Positions 29,590 through 41,775 of a stretch of 64,000 nt of DNA are shown piece by piece. Every line of letters starts with the position of its first letter. Positions within the stretch are counted from its first letter, which is position 1. The stretch lies in the NCBI GenBank assembly GCA_965228855.1, contig CBDDIJ010000005.1, forward strand, positions 160,001 through 224,000, written 5' to 3'. This stretch comes from Candidatus Obscuribacterales bacterium. GTDB lineage: Bacteria > Cyanobacteriota > Vampirovibrionia > Obscuribacterales > Obscuribacteraceae. The position numbers were made by a program, and so were the translations under genes. The notes beneath the pieces were generated by a model. It did no database searches. It worked only from the letters and a program-made list of their open reading frames with translations, and had not been told where the DNA came from.

Positions 29590-30869
29590 TGAAAAGAAGC
29601 CTGGAGCGCAAACTCGCCATCTATAACACTGCCGTTTTTGCGGCAGTTCTAATCGCGTTTTCTTCGGTTCTATATCTGGTTGTTCGCGAAGGGTTTTATA
29701 ACGATGTTCGCTCACACTTGCAGAGAATGACAGATGGCGTGGTCTCATCTATTGATTACGATAGAGAAGATCACGAGGAGCCGCTGCCGGATCTGATTGT
29801 GAGTCAGCTGCCGGCGTCAGCCTCCGAATCGCTGGCTGACATGCGTTTACAATGGTTCGATAAAAACCAGAAGCTGAGGATTGAAAAGGGCGCGTTGTCT
29901 GTTTCGATGCCGCTGATTGTCGCTGGCGGTTTTCAAACGCAAGATAACCCCCGCGCAATGCTATTTACTAAAGCCGTTAATGTTAACGGTAATTTGTTGG
30001 GATATGCGCGAGTCGCGCAACCGCTCAGCGAGCTCGAAAGGGCAATGAACCATCTCCAATTCGGACTAACGATATCAGTCGTGTTCGCGAGCCTACTGAG
30101 CGGACTGGGTATCACATTCTTGACGAGCAAATCACTTCAGCCCGTTTATCAAAGTATTGAAACACTAAAACAATTTACGGCCGACGCTTCGCATGAGTTG
30201 AAAACTCCGGTGACGGCAATCAGCGCAAACAGCGGCGTAGCGTTAAAGTACGATGAAGGAATGCGGCAGTCGGACCGTGAAAAATTCGAAATGATTTCGA
30301 GCGCAAGCTCGCAGATGAATCACCTCGTTAGTGCCTTGCTACAGCTCAGCCGATTGGACAACACACTTACTGAACACCGAACAGCACCACAAGACGTGGG
30401 GAAACTTCTGCGAGAAGTTTGCGATTTAACTCGATGGCTAGCGAAAGAAAGAGATATTCAGGTTGTTAGTAAAATTGCTGAGAATTTATACGTAGAATCA
30501 GAAGAGGACGAGCTTAGACAGGTCTTTCAAAACCTTGTGGAAAACGCATTGCGATATACGCCAAGTGGTGGAAGAGTTGAGATTTCGGCTGAGCGTAAAA
30601 ATAGCGTTATCGAGGTTTCAGTCAGCGATACCGGAATTGGTATCAGTCAGAATGATTTGCAGAAGGTTTTCGAGCGATTCTGGCGCGCTGATAAAGCTCG
30701 CTCGAGGCAGCATGGCGGCAGCGGTTTGGGTCTATCAATCACTCAGGCGATCGTGACAAGACTTGGTGGGAGTATAGACGTACAGAGCAAAGTCGATATA
30801 GGATCGACATTCACAGTCAGATTACGAGCAGTCTCAATCAAGACTGCAAGCGGCGTTCCAGTTGCTTAG
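29589..30869 (+). CDS. Sensor histidine kinase
   Basis: Two TM helices; FTADASHELKTP; NALRY; GSGLGL; TAATG overlap with the regulator. Confidence 0.96.
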   Translation: MKRSLERKLAIYNTAVFAAVLIAFSSVLYLVVREGFYNDVRSHLQRMTDGVVSSIDYDREDHEEPLPDLIVSQLPASASESLADMRLQWFDKNQKLRIEKGALSVSMPLIVAGGFQTQDNPRAMLFTKAVNVNGNLLGYARVAQPLSELERAMNHLQFGLTISVVFASLLSGLGITFLTSKSLQPVYQSIETLKQFTADASHELKTPVTAISANSGVALKYDEGMRQSDREKFEMISSASSQMNHLVSALLQLSRLDNTLTEHRTAPQDVGKLLREVCDLTRWLAKERDIQVVSKIAENLYVESEEDELRQVFQNLVENALRYTPSGGRVEISAERKNSVIEVSVSDTGIGISQNDLQKVFERFWRADKARSRQHGGSGLGLSITQAIVTRLGGSIDVQSKVDIGSTFTVRLRAVSIKTASGVPVA

Positions 30870-30954
30870 CACGAATCGGATTTCTCTACCGAATCTCTAC
30901 CAGCAAGGACTAATATTGCAAGTGGCGTTCCCCGTATGAGCGAAACTGGCAACC

Positions 30955-32586
30955 ATGAATTTCTGTTCGAGCCTCTCCGATGAGCCTGACTGTAAAACTC
31001 TCTGGAAGATATTCGTCCTAGCATGCTTAATGTTTTTCCCAGCATTAGGCTCCGCCGGTCTGGTTAATACCAGCGATGCGTATTACTCTGAAGCCGCCCG
31101 CGAGATGCTGAATCGGGGGGACTTCATAACTCCATATTTGAACTTTACGCCGTTTTACGACAAACCAATATTGACCTATTGGTTGATTATCGCATCGTAC
31201 CTGAGCTTCGGCGTCAACACTTTCGCCGCGCGATTACCCTCCGCTCTATGCGCAATCGCAACCGCTCTTGTAGTCTATTCGCTAAGCAGAAGATTCGTTA
31301 GCCGCCGAGCCGCATTCTTAGCGGCGCTCGCATTGGTCGCGATGCCACTGTTCGTCATCGTCGGGCACGTCGCTCTGACGGACATGCCGTTGACCTTGCT
31401 CACAACCGTAACCAACCTGCTCTTGCTCGCCTCGCTGATCAAGGGCAGTTCAAAGTGCCTGATTCCGGCATACGTGTCGTTAGGTCTGGCGCTGCTATGT
31501 AAGGGACCACTGGCGATAGTGGTTGTGGGAACTTGCGTAGGAGGTTTTCTTCTCTGCACCAGCCGCACACCCGAACACTTTTATAAGAGATTCTTATCTC
31601 TCAAACCGCTGGTCGCTATCGCGGTACTACTGGCAGTGGCGCTGCCGTGGTTCGTCGCGGAACACATTGCTTCTCATGGAGAATTTACTACCTACTTTTT
31701 TATCAAACAAAACTTCGGACGACTGATGGGACAGTTGCCTTCACACCTGTACCCGGTCTGGTTCTACACCCCCTTTCTGCTTGGCGGATTTGTTCCCTCA
31801 CTCCCGCTGCTCGTGGGAGCTCCGATTGTCTTTCGCTTTAGAAAGAACCGCAGATTTTCGGAGAGCCCGCGAGTTCAACTAGTCATCGCAGCTTCTTGTT
31901 GGTTCGTCGGAACGCTTGTTCTACTGACGATATCATCATCAAAACTTCCTACTTACCTTCTTCCGCTGGCACCACCGATCGCCATCCTCGCAGGAATTTA
32001 TCTCGATACGATAATTCGGCTCGGCAAACGTCGCTTCATTTTATGGGGTGCTCCCGTTCTCGTTCTCGGTGGACTGGGCAGCTTGTTCGTATTCCCGAAG
32101 ATGTTTGATGGAGCATCAGACTTGCAATCACTTGCAACAATCTGCACCGTGCTCTTCGTTTTGGGCTACACCGCATATGGTGTCTTAGTTTACAAATCCA
32201 AACTGCATCAGGGCATCATTGCGCTTTTCGTTTCCAGCCTTCTGGCGTGCGCAGCGCTAGTGCCAATCGGCATTCAGCAAACATACAGACTTGGTCCGGC
32301 AGCCCTCGAGCAAGTCGTAAAAGCCGCAGCGAGCGACCGCAATGCGAGCATCGCGGTTATCGAACAAGAGAGCCCCAAAGCGGCGTTCTATGCACAGCGG
32401 AAGGTGTTTGAAATCAACGGACCGCTGGACTTCCAGAAATTTTTAGAGACGACTTCCGGTCCTCATTATCTAATTCTCGATGACAAAAATTTCGCAGTCT
32501 TGCAGCCGTTTTTTCCGACGCATTATCATTCAGTGAAGAAATGCGGGAAGTGGAATTTGATGACGTTGGACGAGTTGAGTAAGTAG
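30955..32586 (+). CDS. ArnT/PMT family (GT-C) glycosyltransferase
   Basis: DAYYSEAAREM, DKPIL.YW, ARLPSAL, KGP, SKLPTYLLP; multiple TM segments. Confidence 0.92.
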   Translation: MNFCSSLSDEPDCKTLWKIFVLACLMFFPALGSAGLVNTSDAYYSEAAREMLNRGDFITPYLNFTPFYDKPILTYWLIIASYLSFGVNTFAARLPSALCAIATALVVYSLSRRFVSRRAAFLAALALVAMPLFVIVGHVALTDMPLTLLTTVTNLLLLASLIKGSSKCLIPAYVSLGLALLCKGPLAIVVVGTCVGGFLLCTSRTPEHFYKRFLSLKPLVAIAVLLAVALPWFVAEHIASHGEFTTYFFIKQNFGRLMGQLPSHLYPVWFYTPFLLGGFVPSLPLLVGAPIVFRFRKNRRFSESPRVQLVIAASCWFVGTLVLLTISSSKLPTYLLPLAPPIAILAGIYLDTIIRLGKRRFILWGAPVLVLGGLGSLFVFPKMFDGASDLQSLATICTVLFVLGYTAYGVLVYKSKLHQGIIALFVSSLLACAALVPIGIQQTYRLGPAALEQVVKAAASDRNASIAVIEQESPKAAFYAQRKVFEINGPLDFQKFLETTSGPHYLILDDKNFAVLQPFFPTHYHSVKKCGKWNLMTLDELSK

Positions 32587-32624
32587 ATGGAACAAACTAC
32601 GCGGTGGAAAGCATTTACGCCGAT

Positions 32625-32647
32625 GCCGGCTCATTGAACCGGCTTTT
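32625..32647 (+). terminator. Probable intrinsic terminator after the arnT-like gene
   Basis: GCCGGCTCA-T-TGAACCGGC followed by TTTT. Confidence 0.55.
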
Positions 32648-32726
32648 GGGCGCTATCCTAGTACATCTATTTTCCCACCATCTCACCACTGCTGGTGTCA
32701 GCTATTGAGCATGAAACCGCTATCTG

Positions 32727-32996
32727 TCAAAATCGGCACGCTGGAAACCAAAGCGTTCCATCAGTCTCATCCACTCGTACTGCCGGAAGTGCTGGATTTC
32801 TCTCTCGTGCTGCTAGATTGAACTGTTTCATGTTTTCCAAAGCTGGCCCAAGATCCTGCCGAGGCATGGTCAAAATGTACTCGGAGAGCAGTTCGCATTT
32901 TCCATATTCATATGCGATTTCAAGCTTTGCTCCGTTTTGTATAGCCTTGATACTGTTTGCTTCTGGGGTGTTGCTGTCCATTTTCACTTCCTTCAA
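32727..32996 (-). CDS. Hypothetical protein
   Basis: 89-aa ORF; its 3' end is duplicated at 33590-33683. Confidence 0.4.
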   Translation of the reverse strand: MKEVKMDSNTPEANSIKAIQNGAKLEIAYEYGKCELLSEYILTMPRQDLGPALENMKQFNLAARERNPALPAVRVDETDGTLWFPACRF

Positions 32997-33085
32997 TAGT
33001 TAATGCATCTTCCGGCGGTAATAGAATGCGCAAATTCGGTTTAGAACCAAGAACTTCTTGCCACTAGAAAACCCTTGTATTGGGC

Positions 33086-33460
33086 TTAGTCTACAAAAGA
33101 CACATCGCATTCTGCGCCCGGTTTTGGTGTTATTACCATTTGTCCCTTGGGGCTAACTTTCACATCTATGTGACAGCCGCTTCCACCGATAACTAAGCCT
33201 GTACCCTTTGGTACAGTAACCTCTAGATCTTGTCCCGGATTGTCTACTGCAACCTTGTCGCTTTTCTGTTCAGAGTCTAAAAACGAAAATTCGGAGGCAT
33301 TCACAAATCCAGGACTCATAGTCGGCTGTGCAGCAAAAGTTCTAAGCTCATCCAGGCTACAGGAGGTTAGGCTAAAGGTGGAATCGTTTTCCCTCCTTTC
33401 CGCAAAATCAGTTTTCGCATCCTTTGTATCAGGTAATAACATTGCATGTGACACATCCAT
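33086..33460 (-). CDS. Hypothetical protein
   Basis: 124-aa ORF with GGAGG RBS. Confidence 0.6.
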   Translation of the reverse strand: MDVSHAMLLPDTKDAKTDFAERRENDSTFSLTSCSLDELRTFAAQPTMSPGFVNASEFSFLDSEQKSDKVAVDNPGQDLEVTVPKGTGLVIGGSGCHIDVKVSPKGQMVITPKPGAECDVSFVD

Positions 33461-33792
33461 AAGTGAGCCTCCAGCGATAGAAGAGAATCGTGCAGAACTT
33501 AAGCAAGTTCAATTTAACTGTAATACAGAGCACATCAAATTCACGTCAAATGAGGCGAGGTCATTTTCATTTCTCATAAAACTGACCGTTCTGTCAAAAT
33601 CCGCACGCTGGAAACCAAAGCGTTCTATCAATCTCATCCACTCTCAATGCCAGAAGTGCTGGATTATTCTCCTGCTGCTAGATGTAGCGAGCATATCAAA
33701 TCATTCCTCCAATAACATTCCGCACGGAACAATCGGCCGGTATCACAGCACGCCTAAAGGTCTTCGAACGGACGGCGATTGCAGAGCAACGA

Positions 33793-34812
33793 TCATATAA
33801 CTCGAAAAATTTGGCGAAAGTGATATCGCAGAACGTCGATTGCCGAGCCAATGTAATCGCGAAGCTGGTACCGCAATTTTGCTCGCGCCCAATAAATGTG
33901 AGCACACTCACCGTGCGCATTGCCGTTTACTCCAGCGAGACAAAGGGCCAACCTATAATCATCGGCGGCACGATCCTTGTCACCGATAATCTCACATGCT
34001 TGCGCATGCGCTACTACATCAGGGACTGTAATCGCCATATCCTCGGATATTACAATCTTGCTCAGCCGTCGAGCCGCCTCCACGTTTCCCATGGATAACA
34101 GAACACGCGACTGGAGAGCGATCGCTGGAATGAAACCCGGCGTCAATCGCTCTGCATCTTGTGCATCACGCAGAGCCCCCTTACAATCGCGAAGGAGCAA
34201 ATAACGCAGTAAACCACGCTCGGTCAACGTGGCGGCATCTCGTTTAATTTCTATCGAGGTGGAGAAGTCTTCGTATGCAGCTTTGGACTGACCTATGCAG
34301 CCGCGGCTCCATGCACGAGCGCGGTAGTACAAGGCTTCCGTAGGGACAAACTTGATAGCGCCATCAAAATCCTTGATAGCGAGTTCGTGCAAGCGCTCAT
34401 TGCTGTATACGAGGCCACGGTAATAGAACGCATCAGCACGAGGTGACAACTCGATCGACTTCGATAAACACTTCATTGCCAATTTGTTCTCGCCAAGCCT
34501 CGCCCAAACGGCTCCAAGCTGGCTATAGGCCTCGGCGGAAGACGGATTGTACAAGATTCTTTCACTATAAGCATCGATGGTGTTGCGGGCTTTCTTTCGC
34601 TGCCGCAGCTTCTCAGACGCGAGAAAAGCTTTTAACCAGCGCGGGAAATCTGGATCTTTGATATTCACGACACCCACGTCATTTACGACGAAAGCCGAGA
34701 CTCTGCGTGAATTGCCCATCCGAAGTTGCAGGAACATCGTTAAACACACAGCCAAGACTCCGAACATCATCACAATGCTCATCTGGACATTTGGACGTTC
34801 AAAGATGGACAT
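33793..34812 (-). CDS. Membrane-anchored TPR protein
   Basis: N-terminal TM helix, multiple TPRs; 3 bp from the upstream gene. Confidence 0.85.
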   Translation of the reverse strand: MSIFERPNVQMSIVMMFGVLAVCLTMFLQLRMGNSRRVSAFVVNDVGVVNIKDPDFPRWLKAFLASEKLRQRKKARNTIDAYSERILYNPSSAEAYSQLGAVWARLGENKLAMKCLSKSIELSPRADAFYYRGLVYSNERLHELAIKDFDGAIKFVPTEALYYRARAWSRGCIGQSKAAYEDFSTSIEIKRDAATLTERGLLRYLLLRDCKGALRDAQDAERLTPGFIPAIALQSRVLLSMGNVEAARRLSKIVISEDMAITVPDVVAHAQACEIIGDKDRAADDYRLALCLAGVNGNAHGECAHIYWARAKLRYQLRDYIGSAIDVLRYHFRQIFRVI

Positions 34813-34815
34813 TTA

Positions 34816-36660
34816 TCAATGTTTGCCTCTCTCTACACGAAGACCTTGCTCATAGTCAGCTAGCGCGCCAAAGAAATCAGCAGTTTGAAAGCGCAAGAGT
34901 GCTCGAGCGTTGTAAGCGTTTCGAATCGACTCTTTGCCGTAATGAACAGGATTCGACTCCAGACATTTTGACAGAGACTCAATTGCACCTAACTTATCAC
35001 CCAAGTCTTTTTGAACTTGAAATCGTATGTAATAGTCAGATGGATTCTTTGGTGTTATCTTGACCGCTGCGACTTTGTCAGCATGAGACTTTTCCTCAAG
35101 CCCAAGCTTACTGAAGACCTCGGAGCGCATGCTAAGGGCAAGCAGAAACGAAGGATCTAATTTGATCGCACTCGATAAGTCTTCCAATCCCCAATCTGAA
35201 GTGTGCGACATATACTTAGACCACCCGCGGTTCATATAATGAATCGCGCCTGATGGCTCTAGTTTTATAGCCCTGTCGTAATCGGCAATGGCGTTCGCAT
35301 AAAACGTAGTTGAATCTGAGCACCCTGCAAACCAACAATCATGGCCGCGCTTCTCATAACACCAGGCTCGATACCCATAAATCTCTGTGAGTTCCGGCGA
35401 GTACAGAAGAGCGCCATTAAACCACCTGATCGCGTTAGCATAATCCTTTCGGTTCATAGCAAGATGCGCTCTGCACATGTGCAAAATACCGCTGTTGAAA
35501 TGCCGTATAGATGCTTCCCCGCATAGACGTTCGGCTTCTACGTAATCACCAGCGTTGTAATTCACCCACGCCAGGTAGGCATAGCTAATCGAAGAATCCG
35601 GGTCGATTTCAATCGCTTTGTTGAAGTCAGCAATAGCGGATTGGCTATCTCCTTGGCAGTAGAAGACGTATCCACGCCGAGCCCAGAACTCAGCCGTGGA
35701 ATTGTGCTCTTCTATCAGGCTCGAATATTCAAGCTGCGCGTTGGGATAGTCGCGCATTCCCTCGAAACATCTTGCCTTTCCTAGCCGAGCAGCAAACAAA
35801 TTCGGATTGAGTTTGAGAGCCATTTGATACTCATCGAGTTCCGAGTGATGGCATTTTTCCAATTTCTCTAGCCCATAGGAGTGAAGAACCTCTGCAATCG
35901 CATAATGCGCCAGAGCAAATCTTGGACACCTGATCAAAGCCGCCTTGTAAGCGGCAATAGCAGCTCCAAAGTTTTTAAGCCGAAACTGATTGGAGCCCTC
36001 CTCATATAGCAGAATTGCATCTTTGCTTATTTCTTCACCAAGCCCACGACAGGCGTCGTCAACGAATTTCTTTAGAGTCGCTATTTCATCCTCCGAAAGC
36101 TTGATACGCATGCACGCCGAGGGTGCACCCTCTTTCAGAACTTCGCAGCGATCAATTACTCGGCCGGAACGACCATTCGCAATGGTTAGACGCAGTCGGA
36201 ATTTTTTGTTTCCACAATTTGATTGGTAAGCCACAAGGGCTCCTTCAAACTCAACAATCTCTGGCGCATTGGGATCAGCACCAGCCCAGTCAACATAATC
36301 CCGGCTTCGAAGAACTAAACTTCGAGTTACGTTGTTTGGTTGCGCTGACGACCAGAATATTTTCGCAAACGCTGCTTGCGCCTCCGGTGACATTTTCGCC
36401 CGAGCGAGTTCACGACTTGAGGAGCGCGATTCGATCCAGAAGTCGAACGCCTCATCAAGCCAACCTTCGACAAATTTTTTGGTTTCGTCTAACCGATCTT
36501 GTCGGGCCTTGGTTTCCAATCCGAATTGGACGCGACGATCATGATCCATTTTTTTGAATGAATAACCAACCGTCGACAGCAGAACGATAGTCACTGTGAT
36601 AACAGCAGCGACGGGTCTCACCCTCGGGAAACTAGCTCCTAGCACCAACCCATACATCAA
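34816..36660 (-). CDS. Membrane-anchored protein with unknown N-terminal domain and TPR array
   Basis: TM helix; WL..AFDFW domain shared with the upstream paralogue; many TPRs. Confidence 0.85.
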   Translation of the reverse strand: MMYGLVLGASFPRVRPVAAVITVTIVLLSTVGYSFKKMDHDRRVQFGLETKARQDRLDETKKFVEGWLDEAFDFWIESRSSSRELARAKMSPEAQAAFAKIFWSSAQPNNVTRSLVLRSRDYVDWAGADPNAPEIVEFEGALVAYQSNCGNKKFRLRLTIANGRSGRVIDRCEVLKEGAPSACMRIKLSEDEIATLKKFVDDACRGLGEEISKDAILLYEEGSNQFRLKNFGAAIAAYKAALIRCPRFALAHYAIAEVLHSYGLEKLEKCHHSELDEYQMALKLNPNLFAARLGKARCFEGMRDYPNAQLEYSSLIEEHNSTAEFWARRGYVFYCQGDSQSAIADFNKAIEIDPDSSISYAYLAWVNYNAGDYVEAERLCGEASIRHFNSGILHMCRAHLAMNRKDYANAIRWFNGALLYSPELTEIYGYRAWCYEKRGHDCWFAGCSDSTTFYANAIADYDRAIKLEPSGAIHYMNRGWSKYMSHTSDWGLEDLSSAIKLDPSFLLALSMRSEVFSKLGLEEKSHADKVAAVKITPKNPSDYYIRFQVQKDLGDKLGAIESLSKCLESNPVHYGKESIRNAYNARALLRFQTADFFGALADYEQGLRVERGKH

Positions 36661-38447
36661 TTTATGCGCCTCGCAACACAGCGGATCAAATCTTGCGCAC
36701 TCCCAATAAAGTCACATGTAGCAAATCGAGTTCGTCCGCGATCATCGTACATCGAACACATCAAAGACGAATCATTTGTCTCTATTCGTTGCATCCATCC
36801 GATCGCCGAGGTGTAATCCCTCAGTGCACCAGCGAAATCCTTAAGGTTTGCCTTTGCCCGCGCCCTGAGCTGGAGATCCTGCGGACAGATACAATCCAGT
36901 TTCGAAAGTCTTTCATTAATACGTTGCGATTCCGACAAGCGACCCAAGTCATAGAGGACATCGGACCGGATGCTAAGTGCCACAGGATAACTCGGATCAA
37001 ATAGTAGAGCCCGGTCCAAGCAATTCAGAGCACCTGTGAGATCATGCTTTTCGTAATATCTGATAGAAGCACACTCGGCCAACGAAAAAACATTTGCCCG
37101 TCGAAAATTTCCGATCTCGAAGTTGAAAATAGCCTCATCATAATTTCCGATTGCCAAGTATGCTCGCGCAAGCTCGAAAGAAACTTCATTGCAATCGTTT
37201 AACCGAAAAACTTTTCCGGCTGAAAGATTTACGATCGCATCTTCGTACTGCCGACGTTCGCGATAAATCTGTCCGAGGTAAAAATAGGCATATTCATTTG
37301 GATGCACAGCCAATGATTTCTGCAAGAGAGAAATTGCTCTGTCATCGTGTCCTTGCTTCCATCGAATCCGGCCAAGCTCAGCGTACGCTCTCGGGAAGCT
37401 TGGATTGAAAACAATACATTGACTTAAGTCACTGATAGCGCCCTGAGTATCGTTCAGCTGATACCGAGCAACTCCACGTTTGGTCAGAAATTCAGCATCA
37501 TTAGGACGCTTAGTCAGCGCGATATTACAATCTCTAACCGCTTCGGAATACCGCCCTAGCTCAAAATTACACTCATAGCGAAAGCGTAGCGCACACTCAG
37601 CGTCGTCAGAACAAAGTTGGATAGCTTTCGAGAAGGCGCAGCAAGCCTCGCTGTAAAAGCGCTGCGAGAGATGCGGACGCTCTTTTGCCATTTGATGGAA
37701 CACAAAACCTTTGAACTCGTATGCTCGAGCGAAGCCGGGCGACAATCGACAAGCTTGGTCTAAGTTGAATAGAGCATCAGCATCTTCGCTTTTTACGAAG
37801 TGACTCTGGGCTTCCTCAAAGAATAAAATTGACTGAGCCTCTACAGTTCGCGTTCCAATTTTGCACGCCTTCTTCACAAATTCAGCGAGACCCAATGATC
37901 CCGTATCGATTTGAACAGATTCGATTGTCCTTTTGCCCGCATGATTCCGTACACGAGTCAGTAATTCAATGCTCAAGCCGCCGCATGAATCGTACTTGTA
38001 TATAGACCCTCGAGTTTTCACAGACATTAATCCGGAACCATCATCACTCACTACTTCGGAAGAATCTGAGTTGAATTCAAAGGCCCTCGCGACTCCCTTG
38101 TCCATCTTCGAGGTCCAAAGAACTTTGGACAGCTCATCAGCCGCATCAGCCGACATCATGGCGCTCGCGAATCTATGGCTCAGCTCTGAAGAGTCGGACC
38201 AGAAGTCGAATGCTAGTCCCAACCAATCCTCAGTAAACGCTTTGGTCTGAGTTCGCTCCTTCGTGTCGGGGAGTCCTTCATGTACAAAATAGAACGAACT
38301 TGAGTTCGATTTAGAGGCAGCACTCACGGCTTGCTGGACTCGCATATCGAGAAGGAGACCAGGTCCAAAACCGGCACACAGCAAAGCCAGTGATGAAAAC
38401 ACAGCAAAGCAAAAGCATTGCACCAAAGTTAGACGGACCAGTCTCAT
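36657..38447 (-). CDS. Membrane-anchored protein with unknown N-terminal domain and TPR array
   Basis: TM helix; WLGLAFDFW domain; TPRs; 4-bp overlap with the next gene. Confidence 0.85.
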   Translation of the reverse strand: MRLVRLTLVQCFCFAVFSSLALLCAGFGPGLLLDMRVQQAVSAASKSNSSSFYFVHEGLPDTKERTQTKAFTEDWLGLAFDFWSDSSELSHRFASAMMSADAADELSKVLWTSKMDKGVARAFEFNSDSSEVVSDDGSGLMSVKTRGSIYKYDSCGGLSIELLTRVRNHAGKRTIESVQIDTGSLGLAEFVKKACKIGTRTVEAQSILFFEEAQSHFVKSEDADALFNLDQACRLSPGFARAYEFKGFVFHQMAKERPHLSQRFYSEACCAFSKAIQLCSDDAECALRFRYECNFELGRYSEAVRDCNIALTKRPNDAEFLTKRGVARYQLNDTQGAISDLSQCIVFNPSFPRAYAELGRIRWKQGHDDRAISLLQKSLAVHPNEYAYFYLGQIYRERRQYEDAIVNLSAGKVFRLNDCNEVSFELARAYLAIGNYDEAIFNFEIGNFRRANVFSLAECASIRYYEKHDLTGALNCLDRALLFDPSYPVALSIRSDVLYDLGRLSESQRINERLSKLDCICPQDLQLRARAKANLKDFAGALRDYTSAIGWMQRIETNDSSLMCSMYDDRGRTRFATCDFIGSAQDLIRCVARRIN

Positions 38448-38622
38448 CGTCAGAACCGCACCCGCAAGAGAGTTTCAATCTAATATGCAATGAAATCTCC
38501 CACCTGGACAAGGGTGATTACACGAAGCAGAGCGACATCACCCGGGTGATCTTATGACCCGAGCTAAAGCGAACAACGAAGTTTGCGCATATCGCCGCTC
38601 ATCCGCAAGCTAACGGAAACGA

Positions 38623-38651
38623 AAGGCGACGAACACCTAGCTCGCCGCCTT
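38623..38651 (-). terminator. Intrinsic terminator of katG
   Basis: Minus-strand AAGGCGGCGAGC-TAGGT-GTTCGTCGCCTT stem with G-U pairs, then TCGTTT. Confidence 0.65.
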
Positions 38652-38688
38652 CCAATGTATTGTCTAACACCACTGGTGGTGGTGGCGT

Positions 38689-40977
<2,289 letters not shown>

Positions 40978-41225
40978 CTAAGCAACTTGGACCGACGTCC
41001 AAGCTCTTTTCAAGCACGGCGAGGCTTTCAAACGGATATCCTATCCCTGCCCAGGCTAGCTGTCCACAGTCTCAAGACTGAAGATTGTGGCAAAGTGCTG
41101 TAGCCGATGATAGACAAGGCGTTGGGGAATTTGTCGGACACGAACAGGCGAACCGTTAGAATTGATACCATTTTAGACTAACTCTAATCCGGTTAAACTG
41201 TCAAGCCTTCCACCCAAGCAGCGAT

Positions 41226-41699
41226 CTACCTGGTCAGCCTCTTAGGGCGCTGTTTCGGCGCAGTGCCAACGTCATACTTTGCCATCCCCGCGGTCCACAA
41301 GTACTTGGCGAGGTCCATGCAGCCCTCTTCGTTAAACTCAATTCCCTCTGCTTCAAGTAGTTGCCGCTGCAGGTCGGCGGGCACACCAACTTTATGCGTG
41401 CTGGTTCCGCCTTGAGCGTTGACGACGCGCTGCCACGGCACGGAGTCCATGTCGGGCGAAGTGCTTTTGCCGGCAGCAACCTTAGACTTCGATTGCGCTA
41501 GGTTTTTACTTGAAGCCTTGCCAGTTTTGCCAGAAAGCTTCGCAGACTTTTTCTTGCTGCCGAGCGCCTTTAAAGCCCAGCCGACCCCCTGAGCACTCAT
41601 GCGACCACCAATCATCGCCGAGATGGCGCCGTAAGTTAAAACGCGCCCTTTCGGAATGCTCCGCACTATCTTATAGATCTCGTCGTAAACTCCTGGCAT
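41226..41699 (-). CDS. Alkyltransferase-like (ATL/MGMT family) DNA-binding protein
   Basis: IPKGRVLTYG, VGWAL, PWQRVVN (Trp in place of the catalytic Cys), QRQLLEAEG. Confidence 0.9.
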   Translation of the reverse strand: MPGVYDEIYKIVRSIPKGRVLTYGAISAMIGGRMSAQGVGWALKALGSKKKSAKLSGKTGKASSKNLAQSKSKVAAGKSTSPDMDSVPWQRVVNAQGGTSTHKVGVPADLQRQLLEAEGIEFNEEGCMDLAKYLWTAGMAKYDVGTAPKQRPKRLTR

Positions 41700-41775
41700 T
41701 TCTAATTCTCAGATCACGTTCCGTCGATTCAAATACGGTATGCCCACTTACCCGAGCAAAACCGTCAACCGCAGA

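Larger units (their letters stand above)
32723..33683. repeat. Imperfect ~95-bp direct repeat (32723-32818 and 33590-33683)
   Basis: TCTGTCAAAATC.GCACGCTGGAAACCAAAGCGTTC.ATCA.TCTCATCCACTC...TGCC.GAAGTGCTGGATT...TGCTGCTAGAT in both copies. Confidence 0.9.
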
